Source: Zancudomyces culisetae HAW-14-8 (lineage: Eukaryota; Fungi; Kickxellomycota). From it: 64,000 bases of DNA. The position numbers were made by a program, and so were the translations under genes. The DNA lies in contig JBNJNM010000015.1 in the NCBI GenBank assembly GCA_052426225.1, positions 248,001 through 312,000 of the forward strand. The letters are read 5' to 3'. Shown here in pieces: positions 34,682 through 47,100 of this stretch (its first letter is position 1; each line of letters opens with the position of its first letter). The notes under the pieces were generated by a model. That model was not told where the DNA came from. It was given only the letters and a program-made list of their open reading frames with translations, and did no database searches.

Positions 34682-36128
34682 TTTTGTAGACTAAGGGGAT
34701 ATATACCTAGCCATATTATTAAAAAATACGCTTAAAAAATCGGATTATGACTATGACTTGGTATTAACATTGCTATATCCCGCTTATACGAGTACAGCTG
34801 TCTGTGCGAACTACTGTAAATCTTTAATCTTATGTAATTTATAGATATTAGATATTATTGATTTATCAAATTAATGGAACTAGGATAGCTAACATCAGTA
34901 TAGATGAGTCTATATTTAGTAAATTTATATATAATAATATGTGTAGCGACCGACAGCTAATTATAGATTTTTATAAAAGTATAGTAAACCAAGACCATCT
35001 GCGAGTAACATCAACATATGAATATATCACGTTGTGTGATATATTACACTGTGATTTAGATAACGAGTCTATGACTAAGTTTATTAATAGCAAAATGCCT
35101 TTGAATAATTCATTAGTGTAAGCTCTGCCCTCCTAGAGGCTAGAACTTTAAAATTGCTACTCGCCTTTTACAATGCTTTTTGGTCTTGTTTGATATGTGA
35201 TGTATTCTTAGGGGAGGGGTCTAAAAACGTAATTTTAGGTTTGTATTAAATTTGTAATTATTACCAAACTAATAAAAAAATCAATAATTGCCTCTTGTCG
35301 GGAAGAATTGGAAATAAGGAGTAGTATTCCTTGAAATTGCAGGAACGGATCATTTTGTCGATTTTACAGCTTTTCCAAGAACACCTAATGGTATGTGGGT
35401 TTATTTTTCTCTTTTTAATGAGAATTTTGTGGAATTGTGTTGTTTTTAGACAAACTTAAAATATCGCTTTAAATCAATCTTCTCAAGTAGTAAATCAATT
35501 TTGAATGTGATATTTTGTATTTTGATTACATAATCTTATTACTTGTTGGGATTAAACAATCTTAAACTATCAGAACTGCGAAATCAAAAAATGGGAGCAG
35601 AATTAGTGTTGATGAGGTAATAATTACGCATTTTTTTTCAATCTAGCAGTTACGATAGTGTATACTAAGTAGAAAAAGTTGCGCAACCAGCTTCAAATAA
35701 AAGTTACACATTATATTATATCACCACATTGTAAGTGTGACAAAGACATAAAAAAGTTGTCAAAGGCTAAAGTTAGAAACTATATACTACAAAGTTGTCA
35801 AAATATATCACATTCTAGAATATTGGCTTTCAATCCGATGTTCTTGGTTGCTGAGCTGCTCTTCACCTCTCTAAAATTAGAATGCTGTTACAAAGTAGTT
35901 AAAAATAACACAGTTAGATATCATTAATACAAGCTAAAGATAGTTATAGAAAAAAATTTATGATGAGGAAAAGTATGAAAGGTTCAAAGTATCACTGGAA
36001 TAAAAAAACATCAACTTTGGTATTTCATCAAGTGTCATAATAAAGCATATGTCGTAGTTATTTATATACAACATTACATACTATTGTATTAAACTACTCA
36101 CAACTCTATTTAAAACTAAATATACCTA

Positions 36129-36501
36129 ATAGTAAAGTCAATACTAGTATTCCCACTGTCGCAGTCGCTATATTTCCAATAAATGCTGCAATCACTCCAA
36201 GACCAAGAACAAACGTCGGTCCTATAAAGCTACAAATGAATCAAATAAAGAACTTTGGAAAACTTCCTCACCTGCTTACCCAGACATTAGTAGACATTTC
36301 GCTTCACCAGCCTACCGAAAGTGTACTGACGAGAAGAAGGAAGCCCTTCCAGCTGACAATGCTGCTTCATCTGAGGATTATTTCACCTAAACCGTTGACG
36401 CTTCAACAGAAGATACCGATGTGTGTATCTGGGTTTTCGAAACCAAAAAATTCAAATACATGGGAAACAATTTTTTTGAAAAATGCAATCGTGAACAATG
36501 A
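36129..36501 (+). pseudogene. Probable decayed third member of the secreted-protein family
   Basis: ATA-GTA-AAG-TCA (cf. MVKS); frameshifted signal-like SIPTVAVAIFPINA; FT*TVD (cf. LQTVD in B); IWVFETKKFK (cf. IEMFNTNYYR in A); then truncated. Confidence 0.4.
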
Positions 36502-36980
36502 TTAATTTTAAATATTATATTGACAATTGAAAATAAGAATTTAATTCTTGATCCTGAATAATGACTAAATTATTCAGAACAAAAATTAAATCCACTATAT
36601 TAAGAATTTATCGCTATTAGTATACCGTTAATTTTAAAATTAGACACAAGTATGGAAAATGAGACCGAATATGTACAGAGAAAGCGGATAAAAGTATATA
36701 ACTAATAAAAAAGGATAAACAAACAATCATATAGTATTAAATAATTAAGTAATAGTAAGAAAATAATATAAATAAAGATAAAAAAACCCCATTAAGATAC
36801 TCTTTAGCTCATTAGTAGTTTTAGGAAGGAAAAGAAAGTAAGATAAATAAATAGTAATTGTAAACTGAGGTTGAAGGTTTAGATTAATTTAGAAGTTTAC
36901 TTGCAATAGTGCTACGGTTAGTTAATAAATATTACGTTTTAAAACAGAAAAAAAAACTATGAAAATCTCAAAATCAAGAA

Positions 36981-38531
36981 ATGTCAGGATTCACGAGTAA
37001 TTTAAAAGCAGCGTCTACCCAGAAAACTAGATATGAAGATCGATATTCATCTGATAGTGATCTCTCTGAAGTGACTTCTACGGAAGTAGAACCTAAGGTA
37101 CCACAGGACACATTTTCCGATCCTATGTATCATGTTTTTTTTCGATTGAAGTACCTGAAGGAAGATGGGGTTACGCCCAACTCCACCCAACATGGTGTCA
37201 GCAACAGGATGGTTAACAGAATTGCCTATTCAAAGATGCAACCTAAGGAGCAAAATGCACCAGTGGCGAGAACGTGTAACTCTGGAACTACGTTCGTGCA
37301 GAATCAGAAAACTCCACCAAAGAAAGATACACCGAACAGTTCGAAACCAAGTCACAAAAGTAGTAGTAAAAACAGTAGCTGCAGCATCAAATCAATTAAT
37401 CCAGTGCTCTGTAACGAAAAGCCAACTTTTGTGGCAAAGGCGTTTAACAGTAATCTGGAAAAAAAGTTGGAGGTGTTACATTTTGAAATTGTAGAAAATA
37501 GTCCAGAAAGATCATCTAAAGAAAACACCCAGAAGGATCAAAAGGAGGTTAATATATTTAAAGGAGTAAGTATGCTAGACGCCAAATCTGATAATGAAGA
37601 TTTAGAAAAAAGCGTAAAAAGAATTGCAGCAGTTTTAATCAAAGAAAAGACAAAAGATGAACCAAAAATGATATATCCCCAACCGATGGAGTTTAATAAC
37701 AATCCGAATGATACTCCTCAAAGATTTATTAAACAATTCAATAAATATGTTGAGACTTATGCAACGGGAGTGACTACTGAAGATTTGTTGAGCATTATGG
37801 ATAGCTTTATCGGACCAGGAGCAAAGAAAAAGTTCAATTACTTACGCAAAATTCATACCGACTATGAGAAGTTTTGTAATCATTTTCTCATATGCTTCAA
37901 AAACAGTGAGAGAGTTTACAACGCTGAAATGAGATTAAAAAGATTTAATTTATATTCAAAGGATACAGTTGAGAGTTTTGGTGAGTTAATGAAATTGTTT
38001 GAAATATTGGATATAAGGGATAAAAAGGTAATGACCGAAAAAGCTTATCATTTGTTGAACAGTACGGACAGACAATTTGTATCCTTAAAGAACGGTTTTG
38101 ATTTATCAGATATCATTGAAATGTTGAGCATCAGGGAGTATGATCGATCAATAACTAGGATAATGAGAAGATCTGTGGAGAAGCAATATAATACCGTAAG
38201 ACCAAAAAGGAGTACCAAAGAACTCGGTAATTTTTCCAAGGGATACAGACAGCAATTTGGAACTCAAGATAAGCCAGAGTTAGTAGAACGAAAGTACGTA
38301 AATAAACATAAGAAGGGATATTCACACTGCAGAAACCAAACGCCAAGAAACAAAAGAGAAATGGTTTGCTGGAATTGCAATAAAAAAGGACACTATGGAA
38401 GTAATTGTCGCTTAGCTCGTCAGGTCCCATCCAACAGTTGCGAGGCGGAAAATGAGCCCGATGAAATTTTGTGGTACAAAAATGTCGTACAACAAGTACA
38501 TGATAGAAAAGCACAGGTTGATTTTTTTTAG
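36981..38531 (+). mobile_element. Ty3/Gypsy-like gag ORF (516 aa) without recognisable pol or LTRs
   Basis: Capsid-like PMEFNNNPNDTPQRFIKQF...GPGAKKKF...YEKFCNHFL..F; nucleocapsid knuckle CWNCNKKGHYGSNC. Confidence 0.75.
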
Positions 38532-39329
38532 TAGTTATTATTTTTAACAATTATTATTTGCTTCTTAACCAACAAAACAGTAATAACTATGGAAAAATAA
38601 AGTTACGTGCTTTTATTTGCCAATGTAAACTGATGTACTATTTACAACATTATGACAGATTAAAATCACATGTCAGTGGAAAAACAATAGCGCATTTTGA
38701 AAAGGAAAATTGCTCGCAATAGCTTACACTTTTTGTTTCTAAAATGACAAAACTTTTTAAGGATTAGTTTTTATATATTGAGAAAAATAAGAAAAAGGTG
38801 GATAAAGGGGAATCGATCATTTATTCTAAAAGTAATAAGGCGACTTTTAAATAACTAAAAGATACTATACTGAAAATATAAATTTATTCAGAACAGTCTA
38901 ATGCATACTAAAGGAAGGTTGTCTGTGATGTCTACCATTTTATAGCCGTAAAAAAAATTGTTGATATACTTGTTCCCAATCTTTCAAACTTTTGGAATAC
39001 TCTATTGTATAATAAAAAAAATGAAAGAACATAAAACTGAAGCACTGACTCAGATATCAACAAACCCGTTCTCTGGTAATGCTGGAAAGAATAACACTAT
39101 TTATCACCAAAGATAACAGCAACGTATTTTATACATAAAAAAATACTCGATTTATATTGATTCTAATTCAGCACCAAAATCTAACCAAAAAGTATTAGAG
39201 TGAAAAACTAGTTTTTTGCATTACATATAAATGCTCACTCGGGAGAGCTTGTTTTTTTCCTCATTCATTCTTTAGTCTAATCTGTTCAAGACTAAAAATC
39301 AAAAGTATCAAAAACCAAGAAAAAAAATG

Positions 39330-40549
39330 CTAGAGATGTTTGGTAAGAATCAGTTTGGCTACATTCAGGGCGGCTGTCGTTAGGGTTTGGCTGGCACCCA
39401 ATTTCTGTGCACCAAGCACATGACTCTTTAGCTGTGTTGGTACATTGAGTGGAACGAGGGCACCGATAAAACAAAGTTCGGTTTCAATTGCATTGATTAT
39501 CCGCATATCCCCCATCATTTTACCATAAAACTCTATTTTTTTCGATTATTTTATTTTACTTTGACAGATCAGAGCAGTAAAATAATTGTACTATGGGTAT
39601 AGCTTATGAGAAGAGTGGCCATTACCTGTAACAACAAAGTCTGCCAAATCGGGATAACTTTGATTGATTCCCTTGTATATCTTGTCGGCTATTTTCATCG
39701 TATATTGGGAATACACGTTAAGTAAAAATCGCTTTTCACAAACACCAATGTAGTATGAATGTTATCAACAAATGGATCATGTCAAGACTGGGCCTACCTT
39801 GTGAAGTATATACCCTATCAAAGAGTTCTCTTCCCCTCTGATTCATTAGAGAATAATCCTGCACCTCTTTACCTCTATGCGTTATCAAATTGCCATCAAT
39901 ATCAACCATTTACAAAACTCAACTTAATGAAATACAAACGTATCGTTTTCAATTATCTTTGCCTTTTTTTTATACCTTAACTGCTTGTTGGAAACTTGCG
40001 ATTTAACCTGCTCATCAACACCCTTTAAAACTGCAAAAATACCATTCATTGCCTTTTATTTATTTATTTTGACATTGAAAAAGATATAATGTGTTAATAA
40101 AATCATTGTTTGCGCTAAACTTTTACACAATTTCGTATAAAACACATAAATGAGAAAATACTCACCCTTGGTGTCCCCATAAGCGACATTGTCTTGAACA
40201 ACGATTCCCTAGCTCTTTCTACAAAGTTTACTTGTTTTTCGAGTTGTTTGATTTCGTTTACTCTGGTTTCCACAAGATTGGATATTTTGTTTGGGTTATT
40301 CCCCGATGCCAATGCATTTATCTATTCGAATAGATTAAATGAACTAGTAAACATAACATTCTTCTTTTGTCGTGCCATACAAATACAAATAAAAATACAA
40401 GGGTTAAGGTCATTTTCTTTTTGAAAAATTAGAGAGGAAAGGGGAAACGCTCTTACCGCAATTATAAAACTCAAATCATTTTCTAGTGGTGCACCCTCGG
40501 TTACCACTTCTGAAACCTCCAGAGTCGTAAATTTTGTGTTTTTCTCCAT
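39330..40549 (-). CDS. AhpD/CMD-fold protein (Pxp2-like), 222 aa, 6 exons (40549-40457, 40321-40166, 40052-39976, 39874-39798, 39688-39626, 39532-39330)
   Basis: Spliced motifs RESLFK...GTPRAMNG, RGRELFDRVY, YPDLADFV..FYG, ETELCFIGALVP.NV..QLKSHVLGA..LGA; consistent splice phases. Confidence 0.85.
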
Positions 40550-41169
40550 TATAGTACTCTTCACGCTCTCTTTACATATATATATCTAGCCGGTTGCTGG
40601 TAACAGAGTAACCCAAAATAGCTAATAATTTTCGGGCTGGTTTTGTGGCCACAGTTTACAGCACCAATTGATTCTGTGCGTTTTATCTGTTTTAATTACA
40701 AAATACTTGTAAATTGATGGGGTTTTCATCATAAGCTCCAACTAGATGGGAGGAGAGAGAGGGAAGTCAGAAAAAAAAATAAAAATAATCGGCAGTCACT
40801 CCTATTGCATCGCATCCTTGCCTTCCCCCTTCCTTGTGCAAAATTTGTTTTAGGTTTTGTTGGCTTTGTTATCTATTAACAAGTTTTCAAAGTTGATTGT
40901 CTTTTTTTATTCGCAATCATTTCCCGCAGCTAGAAATCTTTCCACCCCCAAAAAATAGCAAAATAAAACTATAAAGATATAAAAGTTCAGTCATTCCAGC
41001 CTACATAGTCCCGTGCTTAACACAAGCTACAAAATGGTAGAAGATATTGAAAATATTCTGTGAATCTTTGGTCTTTATTGCTTTATATCACTGCACAAAA
41101 CAAAAAGAAATGTGTGGTTGCTAATGTGAGAGTGAGAGTGAAAATAAAAATTAAAAGTTAAATATACAT

Positions 41170-42072
41170 CTAATAGAAAATGGGACGGTTTCCAGTAAGT
41201 TTGACAAAGGCTTCTATGTATTTCTTGAGAGTGTTTTCAACAACAACTGGTGGCAGGTCAATGGGAGTAGTCTTGTCGTAATCAACACTTTCCAGAAAAT
41301 CGCGCAAATATTGTTTGTCGTAGCTAAGCTGCGGTTTTCCAACCTTGTAGTCCTTAGCAGACCAAAACCTTGAACAATCTGGGGTAAAAACCTCATCAAT
41401 CAAGTACAGCTTTCCTTGGCTATCAACACCAAACTCAAACTTGGTGTCGGCGATGATGATTCCCTTTTTAGCGGCAAACTCGGATGCCTTTTCATACAGT
41501 TGCACAGCAACTTCTTCTACTTGTTTGGCATACTCTTCACCAATAATATCTTTTACTTTATCTGGATGAATATATTCATCGTGTGCACCGAGTTCGGCCT
41601 TGGTACTGGGTGTAAACATTGGCTTTTCTAATTTCTGCGATTCCTTCATGTTTTCTGGCATTTTGATTTCGTTGACTGTCCCGTATTTCTTGTATTCTGC
41701 CCATGCAGACCCCGAGATATACCCGCGAACCACTGCTTCTATTGGTAACACCTTGAGCTTCTTTACCAGCATCGATCTGTGTTCAATCACACTTCGGTAT
41801 TTATGCAACTTTTCTGGCATCTCATCGACGTTTGCAGTGATTAAATGGTTTGGGACAATATCTTTTAGACAATCAAACCAAAAAATACTCATTTGTGAAA
41901 GAATACAGCCCTTTCCCTCAATCGAAGTTTTCATGATAACATCGTAGGCACTAACTCGATCGGTAGCCACAAATAGCAGAGAATCCTCATCAACCTTGTA
42001 CAAATCTCTTACTTTTCCCCTCGCAATCAACTCTAGGTCCGGCAACTCACTTGAATAAATACCACAGATCAT
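41170..42072 (-). CDS. ADE1: SAICAR synthetase
   Basis: RGKVRDLY, VATDRVSAYDV, PIEAVVRGY, FTPSTKA, IIADTKFEFG, DEVFTPDCSRFW, SYDKQYLRD. Confidence 0.98.
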   Translation of the reverse strand: MICGIYSSELPDLELIARGKVRDLYKVDEDSLLFVATDRVSAYDVIMKTSIEGKGCILSQMSIFWFDCLKDIVPNHLITANVDEMPEKLHKYRSVIEHRSMLVKKLKVLPIEAVVRGYISGSAWAEYKKYGTVNEIKMPENMKESQKLEKPMFTPSTKAELGAHDEYIHPDKVKDIIGEEYAKQVEEVAVQLYEKASEFAAKKGIIIADTKFEFGVDSQGKLYLIDEVFTPDCSRFWSAKDYKVGKPQLSYDKQYLRDFLESVDYDKTTPIDLPPVVVENTLKKYIEAFVKLTGNRPIFY

Positions 42073-44196
42073 TTTTTCTATTTAAATTAATTTCTATATA
42101 AAAAAAAGTTTGAGAAGAAACAAAATAGAAATATGTGTGTTTGGAAAAATAAATTCTTTTTATAGGTTTTCTCAAGCATGCCAACTTCTAAAAGGAAAGA
42201 AACAAATAAAAAAATTACGCCCACGTTTTGTTGTTATTTTTGTTTTTGTTATGATTATTTTTGCTTTTGCTTTTGCTTTTGCTTTCACTTTTGCTAAATG
42301 CTTTGCAATATTTTTGGACCAATTCTTCCAATTTTGAATCTTATTTCTATCCGTTAATTTCTTGGGATGTTAGCTAAATGTTGACTTTCTTAGTGGCGAG
42401 AATTTCGGAAGCAAAAAAAAATTTTTTTGAATTTGAAATTTTGCGGCTAATTAAAATTTTTTTTATTTTCACATTATAATTACTACATTAGGGTTATTTG
42501 GAAAATTAGATTACGTGAGTGTATAAAAACAATTGCAACTTGGTGTACTATAGAGTACAGCTTACAATGGGATTCGCTAACCAAGCAACCAAGCGTTTAA
42601 ATCGGTTTTTAAGTCTTATAAAAGCCTTATGTGATATTTATTTGGTAAATCCATTGAGCAATAAACTAGAATGAATAAAAATAAGCTTTACTGAGCAACG
42701 AAATTGTGAACAAAATTAGCAGCAATTATTGTTGCTTGCCAAAATTTATTTGAAAACCAAGAAACTAATGGTGTTAATTAAAAAAATTGTTCATTTACTA
42801 GACATATTAATATATTTAGAGATAACAAGTCCAAGGTTTATAATAACTATTCTGACTGGAAGACAATTATGAGGTTGTGATAATACACACATTGTTTAAT
42901 TAACAACAGTACTCACTTCCTCCGCTCAGTTTCAAAAATAAAGGTAGAAATAAGAGGAAAGGGGGTGATAAGAGAGAGATAAGAGGGAGAGGGGGTGGGT
43001 GGGAAAGCAAAAATTGATAGCTTTTTTTTTTTGTTAAAGTAAACCTTTTACTCTTGAAAGCACACTGCCATTTTTTTTGTTTTACATTCAGGTACTATTA
43101 AACCCCCCACCAGAGAAAAAAAACGTGAAAAATACAGTAAAACACAATCAACTGACTTTACGCTAGAGCTAATCCACCAATTTACACGTACCATGCTCTC
43201 TCTCCATCTCTATTACTCGAGATGTAAAAAAAAAATATGGTTATAAAGGTCATAGAGGACAAGGTTGGTTAAACAAGCGAAAATAATAGAGTTTAGAGTC
43301 ATTTCTCTACCCTTTTTTTATGTTCGTCCTGTTTTTGTTTACAATGGAACAACACATTTTCCGTAAAGTCGTGACCAGAAAAACAGCGTTGCACGAATGG
43401 ATGAATCTTTGATACCATTCACATTCCTCAAACTGGGGCGAGATAGGTGTATTTTTAGATGAAGTATCCAAAAAACCGGGTATTATCGTTGTTTTGCAGT
43501 TATTTCACTTTGTTTCCTTTTATTTTTCTATTCTTTTTTTTTTTTTGAATGTATTGACTAAAAATAAGTAAGTGGCTTTAGTATATTTTGTTCTTTTCTC
43601 ATTGTAATCCTGGATTTTAAGCCCGAGAGAAATGGCGGGGAAAGGGTGGGGGGAGGGCTAGTACAAAAAGGTGCAGAAACCCAATTTCTTTCTATTATTA
43701 GCTTGCATGTTCATAGTTCTTATAAAAGCACCAAAATTGTTCTTTATTTAAAATTCCGGTATGTGGTAATTGATCATGTAATACTACACCATTACCACAT
43801 ATATATTTAGTCTTTGGTAATATAACATTGAGTAACAATGATCAAAGAGAAATAGTATAAAAACACATGGTAAATAGCCGAAAGGTTGTTTATTAAGGTA
43901 TTATATAATCCAATTGTACATCACCAAACTGACCCTCTCTTATTCTCGATAAGATTCCAACTAAATATAGAAACTATTGTTAGAAGGAGAGGGGGTGGCT
44001 TAAACTTTTGAAACCAAGAGTACTCTAGATAATAATCCATTGTGACATATTACACGTTTTTTGAAAAGTAATCTAGAACAAAAAGAGAAATATCGATCAA
44101 CTTACATAAAAATTCATATTTAAGAAATAGTTTTAAAAATACACAGTCAAAAGACGTAGTGATGAAATCTAATGGAATAACTACAAGGGTGTAAAG

Positions 44197-47100
44197 CTAG
44201 TTATTCATATAATGTAGAAATAGTTCCCTGCAAGTTACGGGTCTAATTGTGAACAACTCGATAGTAATAGTAGGTAAGGCTAATAGGTCCTGGTAGCTGA
44301 CACATCTAGAAAGCAGATCCGACACATATGGAGGGAGCTGTGCTGAGCAAATGAATCTTGATTGATATAGGACGGGACGTTTGAGTAACAACTCTATAAA
44401 ACGGGAAAATAAAGCAAATATTCTTTGGTTGGTGATTTGTATCGAGTTTGGTATGGATGAATGTGTTGTGGGTGTGGCACAGCAATATGATTTTGTAAAT
44501 TGTTGGTTAAAGCTATTGTATTCTTGAAAGCAGCAGCCAGTAATATGGCTGACCGGATCTCTACCACCAGTATTATCATTACTACTACTACTACCATTAC
44601 TAAAGTATAATTTGCCGTCCTTAGAACTGGTTGATGGAGAGTTGATACGGGTATTAAAGTAGTGGTAATGGATATTTGAAATATAATTAAACGCGTTATG
44701 TGTGTAGATGTACTTGTTGATACCGTGGTAAACCATATCAACCGATAACGATTTCCAAATGGTGTAGTCAAACGACAAGAGCGTTGAAATGAACGGTGTA
44801 TTACTGGTTTCGATCTTGTAGCATCCATAGAAATGTGTTTTCAAGTCAACAACGTTTTTTGTATTTTCATCTTGTTGTCGCGGTTGTGAGTTTGAGTTTG
44901 AGTTTGAGTTTGAATGGGCAAAATATGTATTATTATCAATAGTAGTGGTCATGATCGTGTTTCTGACTGTACAAACTAGCAGTGGTTTCAAGATAAAATT
45001 GGAATACAGCAATTGGGATTGATCATTGGTTGCATTCTTACCCCTTGATTGATTATGTTGATTGTGGATGGCCTTTTCAAACGACGTATCGATAGTAGAA
45101 AGTCTATCGCTGATACTATTGTTGTTATCATTTGTGTAAGAAGCAACTAATCCATCGAGGTTTGAAAAGCAGTGTACAAAACAATTTAGTGAAACGAGAT
45201 GTTTGCAATGTTTGCAAATAATAGAAAGGTGAAACTCAACAACCCGATCAAGCTGTATGGCTGTATCGATTAGCCGATCTGAAATTTCAAACCCATCTAC
45301 AGTTGTAAATGATGTTGGTTTTGGATAAGAGTCACTTGGAGCACACGTGATGGCACGCATATCATTAGGAGATTTATAAGATGGGTTGGGGTAAAGTTGC
45401 TGATGAGGATTCATATGTTCATTTGGTGTAGAGACTGTTGATTGAGAAATTGAGAAATCTTCGAGTATTGTAAAGACAGTTGCACCAGTAGGGACACAAT
45501 AGTAGTGATTTGATGATGAAGAAAACAAAACACGTAAATTGGATACTTTGATCTTGAAATTTTTAAAGATAAATTTCACCACATGAAATGTAAAATCTGA
45601 GAGTGTAAGATATATAAAGGTTCTTGTATGATCACCAAAATGACTCAAAAGAACTAGTTTGAGGGAATGTGGTACTTGGTTGTCAGTACTATCAGTTTCT
45701 TTAAAACTATTTGGTTTATTGCTTTGGAATGATGATTGGTCATTATTGGTAAACCTGCTAACAACCATTTCAACAGAACCAACGATTCCAGTAATGTTGA
45801 TTACAGAGTTTGGTTGAATGGATTTGGTCATCCCGGGTTTGGTTTTACTTTTACCGCTGACCGAGATTTTTTGTGAATCCGAATTCGAAAAATAATACAA
45901 GACATCGTAAAAATCAATACGCGGTCTACGGTATTCTTTGGCTGGAGAAACAGACATGCGAAACAACTTTTCTTGAAGTTCATAGTGTTCTGGGTTGAAC
46001 TCGACAATCGTGTCGTTTCTAATTATAAGCTGGTTTGCAAATACAGTATTGTTAGCTTGGTCAGGATCCCTGCAAATAGCAGATACGGGAATCAATCCGA
46101 ATTCTTTGATTATATTTACATTTCTTTGCTTGCTACTGGATACTGCTGTGTTTTTAGTTTGGGCAGTTTCGGCGCATTTCTTTATGTATCCAAGATACCT
46201 GCCACTTTTGGCATATGTCAGATTATTGATCAAGACCTTTTTATAATACCCAATCTTTTTGTACTTGAAAACATTGTGACCAAGATAATTCTGAAAATTA
46301 TCATCTGGTTGTATCAAAAACACAAACGCCAAAACATAATTTTGAGCTTGAGCTTGAGATTGAGATTGAGATTGAGCTTGAGCTTGTTCGTTATGATTAA
46401 TTTGTTTGTTTTGAGTTTTGTTGCGGTTATTTTTGCCTGTAATTTTACTTCTATTGCGTTTTTGAGACGGGATTATAAAATACCCTAGATGCCCTTTATC
46501 CCTGTGTTCAAAAATACTCGTATCCCTAAACCTGTTAATTAATCCAAGGTTATAAACAAGTCTGGCATCCGATGCATTGACGACAATGCAGCATTGTAGA
46601 CTATTAAAACCACCTGAAGTATTATTGGTGTGTGTATTAGAGGTTCCTCGTTCGTTTTGTTTAAAAAACTTGTTGAATTTGCTCTTGTGGAAATATGCAA
46701 TATTGTAATTTGACCACATGAAGACATTACCATGAAATCTATCACCAATAGTCTCGCTGTTGAATTCATTACTATTGTTATTGTCATTACTATTACTAGT
46801 GTTATTTTTCAACTCTAGACCATCTTCTTTTGGTTGTGCCAAGTAGTAGTATGGAGAGGAAAAGGAAAAAGAAGATTGAGAATCTAAATGTGAATTTGAA
46901 TGTGAGCTGTTGGATTTATGTTGAAGATCATCTTCAAGAACAAGTACTAATAATTTTGCGGTAGCATCTGATAGATAATAAAACTGGATTCGTTCCTTTC
47001 TTTTCATAAACCCATTTTTTCTAGTAGTTCGTTTCAATAATCCACAAAGAGTCTTGTTGTATAATCCAAGTTCATCCTTATTAAAGATTAAATTCAATTC

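Noticed and set aside
35125-35240. GCCTTTTAC resembling U5 snRNA loop 1
   Set aside because: Flanks do not form the closing stem, and the downstream AATTTTAGG is not a proper Sm site
36520-39000. LTRs flanking the gag ORF
   Set aside because: Only a ~12-bp shared word (TTATTCAGAACA); no long direct repeat, PBS or PPT identified
42488-42496. TTAGGGTTA (TAACCCTAA on minus) near the CTC1-like gene as a telomerase RNA template
   Set aside because: A single 9-mer is expected by chance; no pseudoknot seen; more plausibly an ADE1 promoter element or noise
43343-43571. Short + frame with one in-frame TGA as a possible selenoprotein
   Set aside because: No redox motif, no recognisable family, no SECIS identified
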